Below, in pieces: positions 26,309 through 37,871 of a DNA stretch of 64,000 bases. The stretch comes from the human T2T-CHM13v2.0 reference genome, Homo sapiens. Under the pieces are notes generated by a model that was given only the letters and a program-made list of their open reading frames with translations, was not told where the DNA came from and ran no database searches. How positions within the stretch are numbered: the first letter of the stretch is position 1; the number at the start of each line of letters is the position of its first letter. The translations under genes were made by a program, and so were the position numbers. The DNA is taken from NCBI RefSeq assembly GCF_009914755.1, contig NC_060925.1; one strand, given 5' to 3'.

Positions 26309-26457
26309 CTGCCACCAGAATTGCAGCCGGAAGACCTCCCTGCACTTCCCCGGAGACGTGTTTGCCGCTCCCGAGCAGGTTGGAGGCAGCCCTGCCCAGG
26401 GCCCCATACCCTACCTGGATGATGACATCCCCTTGCTGGAGGTCGAGGAAGAGCCAG
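26309..26457 (+). CDS. DISP3: DISP3 coding exon 7/20 (central cytosolic loop)
   Basis: ccacag|CTGCC...GCCAG|gtgaga; CHQNCSRK...EVEEEP; 149 nt. Confidence 0.94.
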
Positions 26458-26672
26458 GTGAGAGCTGGCACAGGCCTGCCCTACTGACCCCAGTGAGACC
26501 CAGCGCTGCCTCTGCCAGGGGAGTAACACTTGACAAGTTGGTCCTGAGGCTGGGGGCCGGACAAGATGGCCTGTGGGCTTCCTCACCAGGCATCTGGGCT
26601 TCCCTGGAAGCGAGCGTGGACCACAGTGGGCTTTGATTCAGGCTCTGACGGGCCACTGCTCTGCCCTGGCAG

Positions 26673-26834
26673 TGTCACTGGAGCTGGGAGACGTGTCCCT
26701 GGTGTCTGTGTCCCCCGAGGGTCTGCAGCCAGCCTCCAACACGGGCAGCCGCGGCCATCTCATCGTGCAGCTGCAGGAGCTGCTGCACCACTGGGTCCTG
26801 TGGTCAGCCGTCAAGAGCCGCTGGGTGATTGTGG
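26673..26834 (+). CDS. DISP3: DISP3 coding exon 8/20
   Basis: tggcag|TGTCA...TGTGG|gtaagt; VSLELGD...SRWVIV; 162 nt. Confidence 0.94.
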
Positions 26835-27640
26835 GTAAGTGGGCCCTCCGGCCCTGCCCCCTGTCTCACAGCTCCACCCCCAAAACACACAGGAACTGGG
26901 AGCCCACCCCCTCTCGCAGATGCCCCAGGGTCAGAGGCCTGGGCTGGGGTCTCTCCCTCTCTGACCCCCCCTCTTTCCTGTGCAGAATGAAGCCGGTCAT
27001 GGCGGCTGTTACTCATTGGCCCCTGCTGTGTGCCAGCCACTCACACTGGGCAGTAGCACAGAGCATGCCACACATGGGCCCTGGAGTTAGACCCACTTGA
27101 GTCTGAGTCCCAGTTTGGCCGCGTCCTAGCTGTGTGAATTTGGCTATTCCAGTCCGTTTAGCACTCAGTTCCTATTCTGTAATTGAGGATGAGAACGGTG
27201 GCTAGGAAGGCAGCTGTCAGTGGAGAGTATGTATAAAGACCTCAGCCCAGCGCGTGGCGTGCGGTAAGTGCTCAGTGAATGTCAAGTGCTATTATCATTG
27301 TCATCTTCGACACTATTTCAGAGTTGTGTGAGATCAAGTAGTGCACCAGCTCGTCATAAACTATGAGGTGCTCTGAGGTGGTGGCCGCCTCTTGTCCAGG
27401 AGTATTAGATTATAGCTTATAGTCAAACCCCATGGGACACCACAAAGCAACTGATCCCTGGCCCTGTAGGACCATCCCCAGCAAGCTTTGCCCACGGGCT
27501 GGCATGCAGGGCCTTCCCCCGCACCCTTAGGACACCCGCCCCCCAACAACCAGAGCAGTTGTCTCCCGGCACTTTGGAGCCCCACTGGGAACAGACCAGC
27601 TGGGCCCAGCCCCGCCTGGTGTAGCGCCCTTTCCTCACAG

Positions 27641-27802
27641 GGCTGTTCGTCTCCATCCTCATCTTGTCCCTGGTGTTCGCCAGCCGGCTCCGCCCCGCCA
27701 GCCGGGCCCCGCTACTCTTCCGGCCTGATACCAACATCCAGGTGCTGCTGGACCTCAAGTACAACCTGAGCGCCGAGGGCATCTCCTGCATCACCTGTTC
27801 AG
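27641..27802 (+). CDS. DISP3: DISP3 coding exon 9/20 (TM7)
   Basis: tcacag|GGCTG...TTCAG|gtgagg; GLFVSILIL...SCITCS; 162 nt. Confidence 0.95.
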
Positions 27803-28180
27803 GTGAGGCTTCTAGCCAGGCTGTCCCTGGCCCGCTCAGGTGTCCGGGTCCCAAAGACTGTTGGTCTGAGAGATGCAGGATCCAGGGTCCCCATCAATGC
27901 CAGACCTCAGGCAAATCCCACTCCCCTCTGAGCCCCCATGTTCCCACAGTTCATTCAACAGATGCCTGCTGGGTGCCTGCTGGGTGCTGGCTCTGGGGAG
28001 GTACTGTGGGCGGGAGGCATAGGCTTCCCAAGCTCAGGGAGTTCACATTCCAGCTCTAGGGCCCGGTCACTGTAATAGTAGATCTGAGCTTTGGCGGAGG
28101 AAGAATAGGGTGTCTTAGAGGCCCACGTCATGGAAGGCTTCCTGGAGGAAGTAACGTCTAGGCCACAACTCACAAGAATT

Positions 28181-28670
28181 GGGAGGAGTTAGCCAGGCTG
28201 GGAGGGGAGAGGAGGAAAGAAGAGGGGTCAACCAGGTGGGGAGGGGAAAGGAGGGAAGGGGTGGGGTTAACCAGGCTGGGAGGAGAAAGGAGGGAAGAGG
28301 AGGGGTTAGCCAGGTGAGGAGGGGAGAGGAGAGAAGGGGTGGGGTTAGCCAGGCTGGGAGGGGAGAGGAGGGAAGGGGTTAGCCAGGCTGGGAGGGGAGA
28401 GGAGGGAAAAGGAGGAGTTAGCCAGGTGAGGAGGGGAGAGGAGGGAAAGGGTGGGGTTAGCCAGGCTGGGAGGGGAGAGGAGAGAAGAGGAGAGGTTAAC
28501 CAGGCGGGGAGGGGAGAGGAGGGAAGAGGAGGAGTTAGCCAGTTGAGGAGGGGAGAGAGGGAAGGGGTGGGGTTAGCCAGGCTGGGAGGGGAGAGGAGGG
28601 AAGGGGTTAGCCAGGCTGGGAGGGGAGAGGAGAGAAGAGGAGAGGTTAACCAGGCTGGGAGGGGAGAGGA
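28181..28670 (+). repeat. Purine-rich ~36-bp minisatellite (GGTTAGCCAGGCTGGGAGGGGAGAGGAGGGAAG...), ~13-14 copies, inside an L2 remnant
   Basis: Directly visible tandem units; L2-like flanks ~27950-29090. Confidence 0.9.
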
Positions 28671-29477
28671 GGCAGGAGTCTAGGCAGAGGAGAGCACCAG
28701 AGGTGGGAAAGACCAATGCCACATTTGAGAGAGGCAGCTGCAGGAACTAAGTCTGGCCCAGTGGACTGGGATAGGGCAGATGGGCTGAAGTGAGGGGTCT
28801 GGATTTTATTCTGATTGTCACTGGAAGCTAGTCACGTGGTTTAAGTGGAGAAGCGGGGTGAGGGAGTCTCCCAGGTGCTGTGTGGAGGTGGACTAGGGCA
28901 CTGGGGTGGAAGCTAGCTGGGAGGCTGAGAGCTGGTGGTGCTGGGACCAGCATGCTGATGGCAGCGATGGTGGAGTCAAGAGGTTTTTAGGAGGTGGTTT
29001 CCATAGGACTTGGTGACGGAGTGGGAGTCGGGAATGAGCCAGGAGGGAAGACAGAGATGGCTCCTTGATTTTGAGGTAGCTGGCCCAGGCCGCATTTTAC
29101 AGAGGGGGAGCAGGCGAAGTCAACCCAAGGTCATCTGACTTTGCCAGGGCAGTTAGAAACCAAATGAGAAGACGCCTGGGTGAGTGCTTCCAGCTCACAG
29201 GAGCAGATCTGCTGGTGCTGTCATTACCTTTATTTAATTAGGGCGGTGCTGAGATCAACCTGGCCTTCCCCTTGGTAATGGCAGCCAAATGCGTGATAAT
29301 CCACTGCAGCTCCGAGAGGCACCAGAAGAGCCCCTCACACTTCGGAGCCAGCCCTGGCCACGTCCCCAGCTCCTCTACCCCACTGCCAGGATGTGGCATT
29401 GCTCCCCATCATCACCGCCGCCACAGGCCTCCTGCCCACAGATGGACAAACCCCGAAGCTCCCTGACAACATCTGGG

Positions 29478-31317
29478 GCCAGGACCCAGCCAGAGCCCAG
29501 CCAGGACCCAGCCAGAGCCCAGCCAGGACCCAGCCAAGACCCAGCCAGGACCCAGCCAGAGCCCAGCCAGGACCCAGCCAGAGCCCAGCCAGGACCCAGC
29601 CAGAGCCCAGCCAGGGCCCAGCCAGGGCCCAGCCAGAGCCCAGCCAGGACCCAGCCAGGACCCAGCCAGGGCCCAGCCAGGACCCAGCCAGAGCCCAGCC
29701 AGGGCCCAGCCAGAGCCCAGCCAGGACCCAGCCAGAGCCCAGCCAGGGCCCAGCCAGGACCCAGCCAGGACCCAGCCAGAGCCCAGCCAGAGCCCAGCCA
29801 GAGCCCAGCCAGGACCCAGCCAGGACCCAGCCAGAGCCCAGCCAGGACCCAGCCAGGGCCCAGCCAGGGCCCAGCCAGGACCCAGCCAGGGCCCAGCCAG
29901 GACCCAGCCAGGGCCCAGCCAGAGCCCAGCCAGGACCCAGCCAGGGCCCAGCCAGAGCCCAGCCAGAGCCCAGCCAGGACCCAGCCAGAGCCCAGCCAGG
30001 ACCCAGCCAAGACCCAGCCAGGACCCAGCCAAGACCCAGCCAGGACCCAGCGAGAGCCCAGCCAGGGCCCAGCGAGAGCCCAGCCAGGACCCAGCCAGAG
30101 CCCAGCCAGGGCCCAGCCAGGACCCAGCCAGGACCCAGCCAGAGCCCAGCCAGAGCCCAGCCAGGACCCAGCCAGAGCCCAGCCAGGACCCAGCCAGAGC
30201 CCAGCCAGGGCCCAGCCAGGGCCCAGCCAGGGCCCAGCCAGGGCCCAGCCAGGACCCAGCCAGGGCCCAGCCAGGGCCCAGCCAGGACCCAGCCAGGACC
30301 CAGCCAGAGCCCAGCCAGGACCCAGCCAGAGCCCAGCCAGGACCCAGCCAGGACCCAGCCAGAGCCCAGCCAGGACCCAGCCAGAGCCCAGCCAGGGCCC
30401 AGCGAGAGCCCAGCCAGGACCCAGCCAGAGCCCAGCCAGGGCCCAGCCAGGACCCAGCCAGGACCCAGCCAGAGCCCAGCCAGGACCCAGCCAGGGCCCA
30501 GCCAGGGCCCAGCCAGGACCCAGCCAGGACCCAGCCAGAGCCCAGCCAGGACCCAGCCAGGACCCAGCCAGAGCCCAGCCAGAGCCCAGCCAGGACCCAG
30601 CCAGAGCCCAGCCAGAGCCCAGCCAGAGCCCAGCCAGGACCCAGCCAGAGCCCAGCCAGGACCCAGCCAGGACCCAGCCAGGACCCAGCCAGGACCCAGC
30701 CAGAGCCCAGCCAGGACCCAGCCAGAGCCCAGCCAGAGCCCAGCCAGGACCCAGCCAGAGCCCAGCCAGGACCCAGCCAGGACCCAGCCAGGACCCAGCC
30801 AGGACCCAGCCAGAGCCCAGCCAGGACCCAGCCAGAGCCCAGCCAGGACCCAGCCAGGACCCAGCCAGAGCCCAGCCAGGACCCAGCCAGAGCCCAGCCA
30901 GGGCCCAGCGAGAGCCCAGCCAGGACCCAGCCAGGACCCAGCCAGGACCCAGCCAGAGCCCAGCCAGGACCCAGCCAGAGCCCAGCCAGGGCCCAGCGAG
31001 AGCCCAGCCAGGACCCAGCCAGAGCCCAGCCAGGGCCCAGCCAGGACCCAGCCAGGACCCAGCCAGGGCCCAGCCAGAGCCCAGCCAGGACCCAGCCAGG
31101 ACCCAGCCAGAGCCCAGCCAGGACCCAGCCAGAGCCCAGCCAGGACCCAGCCAGAGCCCAGCCAGAGCCCAGCCAGAGCCCAGCCAGGACCCAGCCAGAG
31201 CCCAGCCAGGACCCAGCAAGGACCCAGCCAGGACCCAGCCAGAGCCCAGCCAGGACCCAGCCAGAGCCCAGCCAGGACCCAGCCAGGACCCAGCCGGAGC
31301 CCAGCCAGAGCCCAGCC
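29478..31317 (+). repeat. 11-bp minisatellite CCAGCCAG[GA|AG|GG]C, ~167 units
   Basis: Directly visible; three main unit variants; no T seen on the + strand. Confidence 0.98.
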
Positions 31318-31740
31318 CCTACTCCCTGTGCCTCTTCCTCTGGGAACTGCCTCTTGGAGGGACCCCTTCAGAGTACAGCAGAGTGCTTTGGCTTTACAAA
31401 GGGCAGGCGAGGCCAGAACCCAGCGGGGCTGCAAGTCCCTCCCTGGGCAGGTCCTTTCACCTCTGCTTTCCACTCCATCAAGTGGGGTTCATGGGAACAG
31501 CCTCAGGATGGCTGTGAGGATTAAAACTTTGAAGGTGTAGTTCTCTCATTTCTAATTTAAAAAACCCAAAGGAAGGGCTAACACACAACGCTTGAGGCAA
31601 AACAGGAATATATGTCTCCCACCATGTCTGCCAGCTGATGACCTTGGGTCACTCTAACAGTCACTCCTGTTAATTGGATGCAGAGGATGTGATGTCCCAC
31701 CCCCGAGGGAAGTGTGGCATCATCTCCACCCGACAGAGGC

Positions 31741-32010
31741 GGCAGAGTGGCACAGAGAGGGTGAGCACGGGGGCAGAGTGGCACAGAGAGGGCAAGCGGG
31801 GGCAGAGTGGCACAGAGACAGCAAGCAGGGGGCAGAGTGGCACAGAGAGGGCGAGCAGGGGGCAGAGTGGCACAGAGAGGGCGAGCAGGGGGCAGAGTGG
31901 CACAGAGATGGCAAGCAGGGGGCAGAGTGGCACAGAGACGGCGAGCAGGGGGCAGAGTGGCACAGAGACGGCGAGCAGGGGGCAGAGTGGCACAGAGAGG
32001 GCGAGCAGGG
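31741..32010 (+). repeat. 30-bp minisatellite GGCAGAGTGGCACAGAGAGGGCGAGCAGGG x9
   Basis: Directly visible tandem units. Confidence 0.95.
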
Positions 32011-32259
32011 AGCGTTTCAGTGTTTTTCTCTGGGCAGGCTGATGGTGCCTTTCTCTGGGCCTAAAATTCCTATAAATTTGGTATTTGATTTTTTAAAAGT
32101 TCTTTCTAGTTTCTTTCTGACCCCTGACACCCACCCCCTCCAGTCCCTGGGCCCCAGTTCCTGAGACTGTCTCAGATCCCAGCCTCTTCCCTCTGCCCAT
32201 CGGGCCCAGGCCAGGATGTCCTGCTGTCCTGCTGTCCTTGACATGGCGCTGGGGGGCAG

Positions 32260-32373
32260 GTCTGTTCCAGGAGAAGCCCCACAGCCTGCAGAACAACATC
32301 CGGACGTCCCTGGAGAAGAAGAGGCGAGGCTCAGGGGTCCCCTGGGCTAGCCGGCCTGAGGCCACCCTGCAGG
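32260..32373 (+). CDS. DISP3: DISP3 coding exon 10/20
   Basis: G-rich acceptor ggggggcag|GTCTG is the nearby AG that keeps frame; donor G|gtgagc; GLFQEKPH...EATLQ; 114 nt. Confidence 0.9.
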
Positions 32374-32879
32374 GTGAGCACTGGGGGTGGAGGGTGGGGA
32401 AATCCTCCCTGGTGCTAGGGTTGAAGGCCCTGTAAGGAGAGCAGATAAAATTCCTTCTGGATTCTCCTTCAAGAAGGAGATTGTGTGTTCCTGGTCACTG
32501 CAGAGGAGCTGGGGATGGGGGGTGAATTTGGGGCCCTCACCTCCCATCCCGCCAGGACAGTAGGCTCCCGCGACACCCTGGTCTGTGGTGCCCCCAGAGC
32601 CTCCCTGTGCACCAAAGCCACCCTGAGTGTCCAGGGGCAGAGGTGGGCATCCTGGGCCCTGAACACTGGCTTGTCCCTGCTGGAGTCTCCCTCAGAGGTG
32701 GGTGCTGGGTCAAGTGTACTGGGGGAATGAATGCCCCATCAGGCAGCTGTGTCTGTCCCTGTCACCCTATGGCACTGTTGCCACCTCTCTCCTACTACTG
32801 TCACTCCCAGCACCAGCCCTGTACCAACACTAGCACATTTTCAGCAGGATGCCCTCCATCACTGTCACCTCCGCTATCT

Positions 32880-33320
32880 AGTCCACCCTATCCCAGTGAC
32901 TACCACCTCCCCCACCATCCCTACCACCCCATCCAGTGCCCACGACCTCCCCCACCATCCCTCCTACCCCATCCCTGTGCCCACCATCCCTGCCACCCCA
33001 TCCCAGTGACTACCACCTCCCCCACCATCCCTGCCACCCCATCCCTGTGCCTACCATCTCCCCCACCATCCCTGCCACCCCATCCCTGTGCCTACCATCT
33101 CCCCCATCATCCCTGCCACCCCATCCCTGTGCCTACCATCTCCCCCATCATCCCTGCCACCCCATCCCTGTGCCTATCTCCCCCACCATCTCTGCCACCC
33201 CATCCCCGTGCCCACTATCTCCCCCACCATCCCTGCCACCCCATCTCTGTGCCCACTATCTCCCTCACCACCTCCCCCACCATCCCTGCCACCCCATCCT
33301 GTGCCCACCACCTCCCCCAC
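32880..33320 (+). repeat. C-rich ~40-bp minisatellite (CCACCATCCCTGCCACCCCATCCCTGTGCCTACCATCTCCC), ~10-11 copies
   Basis: Directly visible tandem units. Confidence 0.9.
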
Positions 33321-33493
33321 TATTATTGCCATGGACCTGGTCCAGTAGAGAGGGGCACAGCCAGCATTTTGAGATGAGCCCAAGGCCAGGACTGAGCTCG
33401 TTAGTCGACAGAGCTGAGGGTGGGCTGCTCCAGGGTCAGGAGAAGCCAGTCGAGGTCAAGTCCACCCCTCTTTCATCCCTTATTTGTCCGTAG

Positions 33494-33630
33494 ATTTCCC
33501 AGGCACCGTGTACATCTCTAAAGTGAAGAGTCAAGGCCACCCCGCTGTCTACAGGCTCTCCCTCAATGCCAGCCTGCCTGCTCCTTGGCAGGCTGTGTCG
33601 CCTGGGGATGGAGAGGTGCCCTCCTTCCAG
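33494..33630 (+). CDS. DISP3: DISP3 coding exon 11/20
   Basis: ccgtag|ATTTC...TCCAG|gtgagc; DFPGTVY...VPSFQ; 137 nt. Confidence 0.94.
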
Positions 33631-34086
33631 GTGAGCCTGGGCTGTCGTGAAGTGAGCCGCCACCACTGTGGGTGGTGGGGGGCTCTCAGGGCCACACTGG
33701 TGGGCAGCCCTGGCCAATAGGGAGGGAGAAGCAGCTTTGAGGATGAAGACCCCCCTCCCCTAAACCAGCCATGTCTGTGACAGGGACCTGCCGAGTGGTA
33801 GCAGCGTGGGCTTCTGAGTCAGCCAGGCCTGGATTCAAATCCTGGCTCTGCCATTTATTAACTGTGTCTTTAGGCAGATTACTTACTCTCTGAGCCTCAG
33901 TTTCCTCATCTGTGACATGGGGATGCAACAAGCACCAGCCAGCATTGTTGGAGGGGTGTGAGGTGAGGCCTGTGCCGTGCAGAACGCCTGGGTGCAGTCC
34001 CTCCTCAGGCAGTGGCGGCCAGGAATCTTGCTGTCCTTGGTAGCTGCTCCAGCGCTGCAGAAAGGAGTCCCCGAGCCCAGACTTGA

Positions 34087-34356
<270 letters not shown>

Positions 34357-34966
34357 TAACGTGGTACACACCCTCCATGGTGACAGGGACACGCGCCAAT
34401 TCATTTGTTCAGGATTTATATTTCCATTTGGAAGATGAGGTCTCTGAGGCTTTTCCTGCCTCTAAGCCTCGCATGTGCAGTTCCCACTGCCTGAAAAGCT
34501 TTTCCTTCAGCTTCGTGCGTGGCTGACTCCTAGGTGCTCGTTCAGGTCTCAACATGCCTGTTGGTCCCCACAGAGCCCTGCCCCGGCGCCTTTCTCGCCT
34601 TGCCCTCCTCTCCCTGCCATTTATCCTGTCTTGTCTTCCTTATTCTTGGAAGCCATCATCATTGCCAGCTCCAAGAGGTCAGGGACCGTGCCCCTCAGAG
34701 CCTGGCACAGTGCCTGGCATGGGACAGACACTCAGTGAATGATTGTTGAAGGAAGAAACAAGGCTCAGAGAGGGAGGAAGGGATTTGCCCAAGTGCTGAA
34801 CTCAAACCCAGGCCTCCCAAGCCTCTGCCCAGGGCTCTGTCCCCAACTCCGAGGACTGGGACAGGGTGAACTATGCCGAGGAGGGAGGGGACGGAGCCTG
34901 AGGCTGGCCCAGGCCGAGGCAGCCCCCCCGAGTCATGTGTCTTGTCTCTGTCAACCCACTGCTTAG

Positions 34967-35151
34967 GTGTATAGAGCGCCTTTTGGTAACTTCACCAAGA
35001 AGCTGACCGCTTGTATGTCTACAGTAGGGCTGCTCCAGGCGGCGAGCCCCTCCCGCAAGTGGATGCTGACGACCTTGGCCTGTGATGCCAAGCGGGGCTG
35101 GAAGTTTGACTTCAGCTTCTACGTGGCCACCAAGGAGCAGCAGCACACCCG
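34967..35151 (+). CDS. DISP3: DISP3 coding exon 12/20
   Basis: gcttag|GTGTA...ACCCG|gtaaca; VYRAPFGNF...EQQHT; 185 nt. Confidence 0.94.
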
Positions 35152-35260
35152 GTAACAGAGCCTGGCAGACAAGCCGGTGCCCATCAGCCCGGCTGCTTCT
35201 TTGCCCTTTTCTCTCTTTTCTCTCTCTTTTCACATGAGGGATGCCAGCAGGCCCCCTCAC

Positions 35261-35550
35261 TTTTTTTTTTTTTTCTTACTCTGTTGCCCAGGCTGGAGTG
35301 CAGTGGCACAATCTTGGCTCACTGTAACCTCTGCCTCCCAGGTTCAAGTGATTCTTCTGCCTCATCCTCCTGAGTAGCTGGGATTACAGACATGCACCAC
35401 CACTGGTACCTGCTTAATTTTTGTATTTTTAGTAGAGATGGGGTTTTGCCATGTTGGCCAGGCTGGTCTTAAACTCCTGAGCTCAGGTGATTCACCTGCC
35501 TTGGCCTCCCAAAGTGCTGGGATTACAGGCGTGAGCCACTGCACCCAGCC
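35261..35550 (-). mobile_element. Alu (AluS-like)
   Basis: Poly-T followed by antisense Alu. Confidence 0.92.
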
Positions 35551-35586
35551 CTGAGGGATGCCAGCAGACTCCTTTAAGAAACTGCT

Positions 35587-35890
35587 GGCCAGGTGCGGTG
35601 GCTCATGCCTGTAATCCCACCTCGGGAGGCCGAGGTGGGCGGATCACGAGGTCAGCCGATCGAGACCATCCTGGCTAACACAGTGAAACTCCTTCTCTAC
35701 TAAAAATACAAAAAATTAGCCAGGCATGGTGGCACGCACCTGTAATCCCAGCTACTCAGGAGGCTGAGGCAGGAGAATCACTTGAACCCAGAGGCAGAGG
35801 TTGCAGTGAGCCGAGATCGCGCCTCTGCACTCCAGCCTGGGCAACAGAGCGAGACTCCATCTCAAAAAAAAAAAAAAAGAGAAAAAGAAA
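35587..35890 (+). mobile_element. Alu with TSD aagaaactgctg
   Basis: Sense Alu, A-tail, TSD. Confidence 0.92.
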
Positions 35891-36956
35891 CTGCTGTCCA
35901 TTTCCACCTACCTGCTCAGATGGGTCTCTGCCCAGGGCTGGGGAGTGGAGAACATTGGCAAAGAGACGGGCCCGGGAGCTGCTCCCCACCTTGATAGCTC
36001 CTCAGGGGTTGCAGTGGCCACCTGGCTGTCCCTCTGGCATACCAGGCCCCTTTCCATCTCAGGCCCTTTGCATTTACTGCTCTCTGTGCCTAGAATGCTT
36101 TTCCCAGCTCCTCAAGTGTGAGACAACTTCTCAAGATTCAAGTCCCTGTCCAAAAGTCACCTCTTGGGAGAGGCTGTCCCTCTCCAAGTGCCACATCCAG
36201 CCTCTCTCCATACGTCACCCACTGCTCTCCTGGCCCCATTGCCACCTGCCACCATGCTGACCTGCAGTGTTACCTGTCTTCCCACAGGAGCACACAGGCA
36301 TCCTGTGGTAGCACCTTGGCCGTCTCATTTGGTGCCGCCTCCCCAGCACCTGTCACGGGTGTCTGGCGTAGTAGGTACAAATAAGTACTTGCTGAATGAA
36401 TGAATGAGTACACTCCACACTTCCTTGACAAGGCACTCACCCACACTCTAAATATATCATTAATTCAGAAAATGTTTATTTAATGCCCCTGCCCCTTCTG
36501 CTGGAAGGAGAGCGAGGGGAGGGCCCCTGTTGTATTCACTTGCCACAGGCCCAGTCCCTGCTAGCACCCAGTGTGAAGTCGGGTCCCTACTACATGCCGA
36601 GTCAGAGGCTGCATTCTGTGCTCTCGGGATCTCCACGCCATCCAGGGGCACCTTTTCTGGGGTTTCATTCCCCATGTTGTAAACACAGCCCTGCATCCAT
36701 TTATCTGTGGAGGCCATATTAGCCAAAGGTCTCCTCTCTCTGCCGTTCACTGATTTAACAAACTGTGGGCTTCAACTGTGCTGGCACTGTGCTAGGGATA
36801 TGGTAGTGACAAAGACAGATGTGACTCCTGCCCTCGAGCTGTCTAGTGGGAGACAGGCCACTAACAAGTAAACAGCGATATCATTACAAACTATGATACG
36901 TGCTCTGAAAGAAATAGCCCCACTGTCATTGTGGAGAACAGTGGTACAAGGCCATG

Positions 36957-37134
36957 CTCGGTGACACACAGGGACTGTGGTCTCTGACAGAACTCGGTGA
37001 TACGCGGGGACTGTGGTCTCTGACGGGGCTCGGTGACACACAGGCACTGTGGTCTCTGACAGAACTTGGTGATGCACGGGGACTGTGGTCTCCGATGGGG
37101 CTCAGTGACACATGGAGACTGGTCTCTGACGGGG
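36957..37134 (+). repeat. 36-bp minisatellite x5 (CTCGGTGACACACAGGGACTGTGGTCTCTGACAGAA)
   Basis: Units start at 36957, 36993, 37029, 37065 and 37101. Confidence 0.9.
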
Positions 37135-37871
37135 CTAGCTTTGGAGTGTCAAACACCCACAGGAGCCTGAACTCTGCATGGGGCTGAGGGCTGCAGCTTG
37201 GAGGCCAGGGAATGGCAGGACAGCCACCCACTGGGTCCCTTCCAGCCTGGGACCCTGACTCGGGGGTGGGGGCCCCTCTGCCTGTCCTCCCCTGAGCCCC
37301 AGGCTGGGCTCACTCTGCACAGACACATCAGTGGGCCAGGGGTCAGGCAGGCTGCCTGGATGAGCTGGAAACATTCTAGAAAGAACTTTGAGCTGCACTG
37401 GGTCTAGTGGTTAGCCAGCTGTTGACACTGGAGCCCTTCCTTCCTATAGAATCTAGAGACTCCCTAACTGTTGGGGTTGAGGCAAGGCTGGGGGCTTCTG
37501 AGCGAGGACCACTAGGGTTGGCCCTGGGGGTCCCTCCTGAACCCTCGTACCCCCGGGGGACAGTTTGAAAGCTGCTGGTCTTCTCCACCCTTCATGACTC
37601 CTATGGGGAGACTGAGACCCAGAGGGGCAGGGCCTTTACTAGGTTCCCATAGTCAGCCTTGGCAGGGGCAGGGCTAGAACAGCCTCCAGACCCCCAGCCC
37701 AGGGCACATCCCCCAGCCCTCAACCTGAGAACAAATCCCCATGCCGGGGCAGAGCCCGAGTCCAGACCCCATGACACCCCAGCCCCAGTCCCAACCCTGG
37801 CCTGCTGGCCTCACCTCCCCTGACTCCTCCTAGCCTTTCCGGCCTCAGCCCAGCCTCCATTCCCTCCACAG

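Noticed and set aside
29478-31317. CRISPR-like array
   Set aside because: Contiguous tandem units without unique spacers, in a mammalian intron with no cas genes
29289-31540. Long ORFs of 614-742 aa on both strands as novel protein-coding genes
   Set aside because: They are fully explained by a T-free tandem repeat that cannot contain stop codons, and there is no promoter, splice or codon evidence. Kept only as a translation hypothesis under findings.
32224-34050. Additional RE1-like matches on the - strand (near 32230 and 34031)
   Set aside because: Only the GGACAGC half matches well; the left half or spacer is degenerate
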